DNA of 51,176 nucleotides, filler included, from Dirinaria sp. TL-2023a (Eukaryota): assembly GCA_051941275.1 (NCBI GenBank). It is 3 parts of 3 records of this genome, joined end to end, with 100 filler letters (N's around TTAATTAATTAA, not from the genome) between each part and the next. Parts side by side here need not be neighbours in the genome. Positions count along the whole stretch, not along the records: positions 34,201 to 51,176 come from JAVEBF010000461.1; 2 more parts are not named here. One strand, given 5' to 3'. Shown here one piece after another: positions 48,691-51,176 of this stretch. How positions within the stretch are numbered: position 1 is the first letter of the stretch; every line of letters begins with the position of its first letter. The notes under the pieces are model-generated. The model saw nothing but the letters and a program-made list of their open reading frames with translations, ran no database searches and was not told where the DNA came from. The translations under genes were made by a program, and so were the position numbers.

Positions 48691-49786
48691 ATGGGGGATA
48701 TCAGAAGTGACTCTTCCGCTGCAGAGGCCTTGATTCCTCGCTTCAGGCTCGACCGGTTGCTCAATCAAGGTCCCGGCTTGCTTCTGCCTCCGTCCAACCA
48801 CCACCCTGACATTTTTAGCAGACCAAGGCGGTCGTCGAGTTACCCTGCTCGGTACAATTGACTCTTCTCAAGCCCTCCTCATTGTTGAGCGGGCTGCTTT
48901 CCCTACCGATACCGAGACTCTTCGATCCTTCCATTCCACCATCGCCAACATCAAAACTCTTGGTGATAATGACATATACCGGTGGTGTCTCGCCTCATCA
49001 GGTGCTACAGATACGGTCTCCGCCGATTTAAAGGTCAATCTCATCTATCCTTGCACAGAGCAGCACATCAAGAAATACTCTCCACAAGGGGTGCGAATGG
49101 TCGCCGAAACGCCGGAGACCTATCGCAAGTACATTCGGCCTTTCATGAAGTCGAAAAGAGATGAAGGAAGGCTCAATTGGGTCTTCAATATCATAGAAGG
49201 GAGGACTGAGCAAGCAGATGTTATTCTCAGGGACTCCGGGCAGGGAACGGAGGCAGATGATGGGTTCCTGATGCTGCCGGATCTAAACTGGGACCGGAAG
49301 ACAACCACAAGCTTGCACCTCCTGGGACTGGTCGAGAGAAGAGACATCTGGAGCTTAAGGGATCTGAAGAAAAAGCATATCGAGTGGTTGAAGCACATGA
49401 GGGAAAAGATGCTCGATGCTACTGTGGGCATTTACAAGGAAGTCGAGAAGGATCAGTTGAAACTATATGTCCATTGTACGCTATTTTGCTACTCTGTAGT
49501 TTCTCCGCTTTCTGACCGTGCTAGTGGCTAACGAGGCGTAGATCAGCCCACCTACTACCATTTCCATATCCATATCGTTCATGCCCAGCTTGAAGCCGGC
49601 AGTACGCAAGCCACTGGCAAAGCCTTTGGTCTCGAGAACATCATTTCACAGCTGGAGACTATGGCTGGTGGGCCTGAGTCCGGGATGGAGGATGTCAGCT
49701 TGACCTATTACGTTGGTGAGGCAAGCGAGCTGTGGACTGATATCTTTGAGCCACAAAAGAAAAGCGGAAAGGCGTTAGCTGGCTAA
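48691..49786 (+). CDS. dcs1: Scavenger mRNA decapping enzyme (m7GpppX diphosphatase, HIT family), 3 exons
   Basis: NDIYRW, KVNLIYPCTEQHIKKYS, RLNWVFNIIEGRTE, LPDLNWD, IWSLRDL, spliced HIT motif HYQPTYYHFHIH; introns 48770-48821 and 49476-49541. Confidence 0.96.
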
Positions 49787-50510
49787 GACGGGGACCTTAA
49801 CACGAGGCTCTTTCTGTGAAGATAGTTTTGCTCAGAAGCCAGCATCGTCGAGAACATCGATCCAAGTCCCGCGCAAACTGAGGAGCGAACAAAAAAAGAT
49901 TGGGTATTTTGAAAGAGAGCGAGTACTGTCAATTACCGAACAGCCGCACAGCGAAAGAGGCCAGCGGAGATACGAAGGCATGGGAAGACATTCATCGGCT
50001 CTAAGGAAAGGTGGTGCAAGCCATATTGCGCATTCTGAATTGTCGAGCAAGTATAAAAGAGACGAACCCTTCGACGTGAAGGGACTATCCTATCATAGTG
50101 AGGTACGAATCGTAAGATAAATACCGTTCACCCACTAGAGGTATCTCCCCAAAACCATATTTCCCATTCGATTGAGTAGCTCCCCACTCCCTCTTCCAGT
50201 GACTACCTAAGTGTAGGCCAAATCTACCAGGACAATATGAATAACAATAGCTACAGCAGAGTATGTAGTTTCGTGCCCTTTTATGATGTCGACTCGGTCG
50301 AGTACCAGACATGCCCTGCCAAGCCTCCAAATGATTCGCCAGACTCCAAGATTACCGGCTTACATAATTAGCCCAAACCAGCGCCATTTTTCCTCCTGCT
50401 CTCCGTCTCCCTTCCACCTCTCACCACTCGCACCACAGCTCGACAAGCAGCCTCCAATCATCAACCCCATCCATCCCAGGTCATCAATTGACCTCATCTA
50501 CATCCTCGCA

Positions 50511-51155
<645 letters not shown>

Positions 51156-51176
51156 ACGGATGTGATGTGAGGGGAG

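Overview
Eukaryotic DNA from a filamentous ascomycete (short GT-AG introns with CTRAY branch points; Pezizomycotina, probably Eurotiomycetes-like by inference). Two artificial 100-nt gaps containing a TTAATTAATTAA linker (17002-17101, 34101-34200) split the window into three contigs. Left contig: conserved housekeeping genes (Hof1/Cdc15 F-BAR-SH3, UPF0132 membrane protein, ndc80, pex14), a gene-poor stretch with decayed ORFs, a 3-exon hypothetical gene and a microsatellite-rich region with four phased PacC-type sites. Middle contig (accessory-looking): PLAC8, Clr5+TPR-like gene, secreted lectin-like protein, a near-perfect hairpin, a backbone-less cassette (small membrane protein + DHA1 MFS + divergent cytochrome P450) and a degenerate gluconokinase-like protein. 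Right contig: rpb8, a Nudix hydrolase, Hikeshi/OPI10, a PIR cell-wall protein, ergothioneine synthase egt1, a micro-exon-encoded 8-ligand zinc-finger protein, a hypothetical gene, dcpS and nuclear atp9. Exon structures were worked out by eye and product calls rest on motif recognition, not database searches. Best leads: the novel-spacing zinc finger hidden by micro-exons, the long intron separating the two catalytic halves of egt1, the phased PacC array, the P450/MFS cassette and the hairpin at 24.1-24.3 kb.
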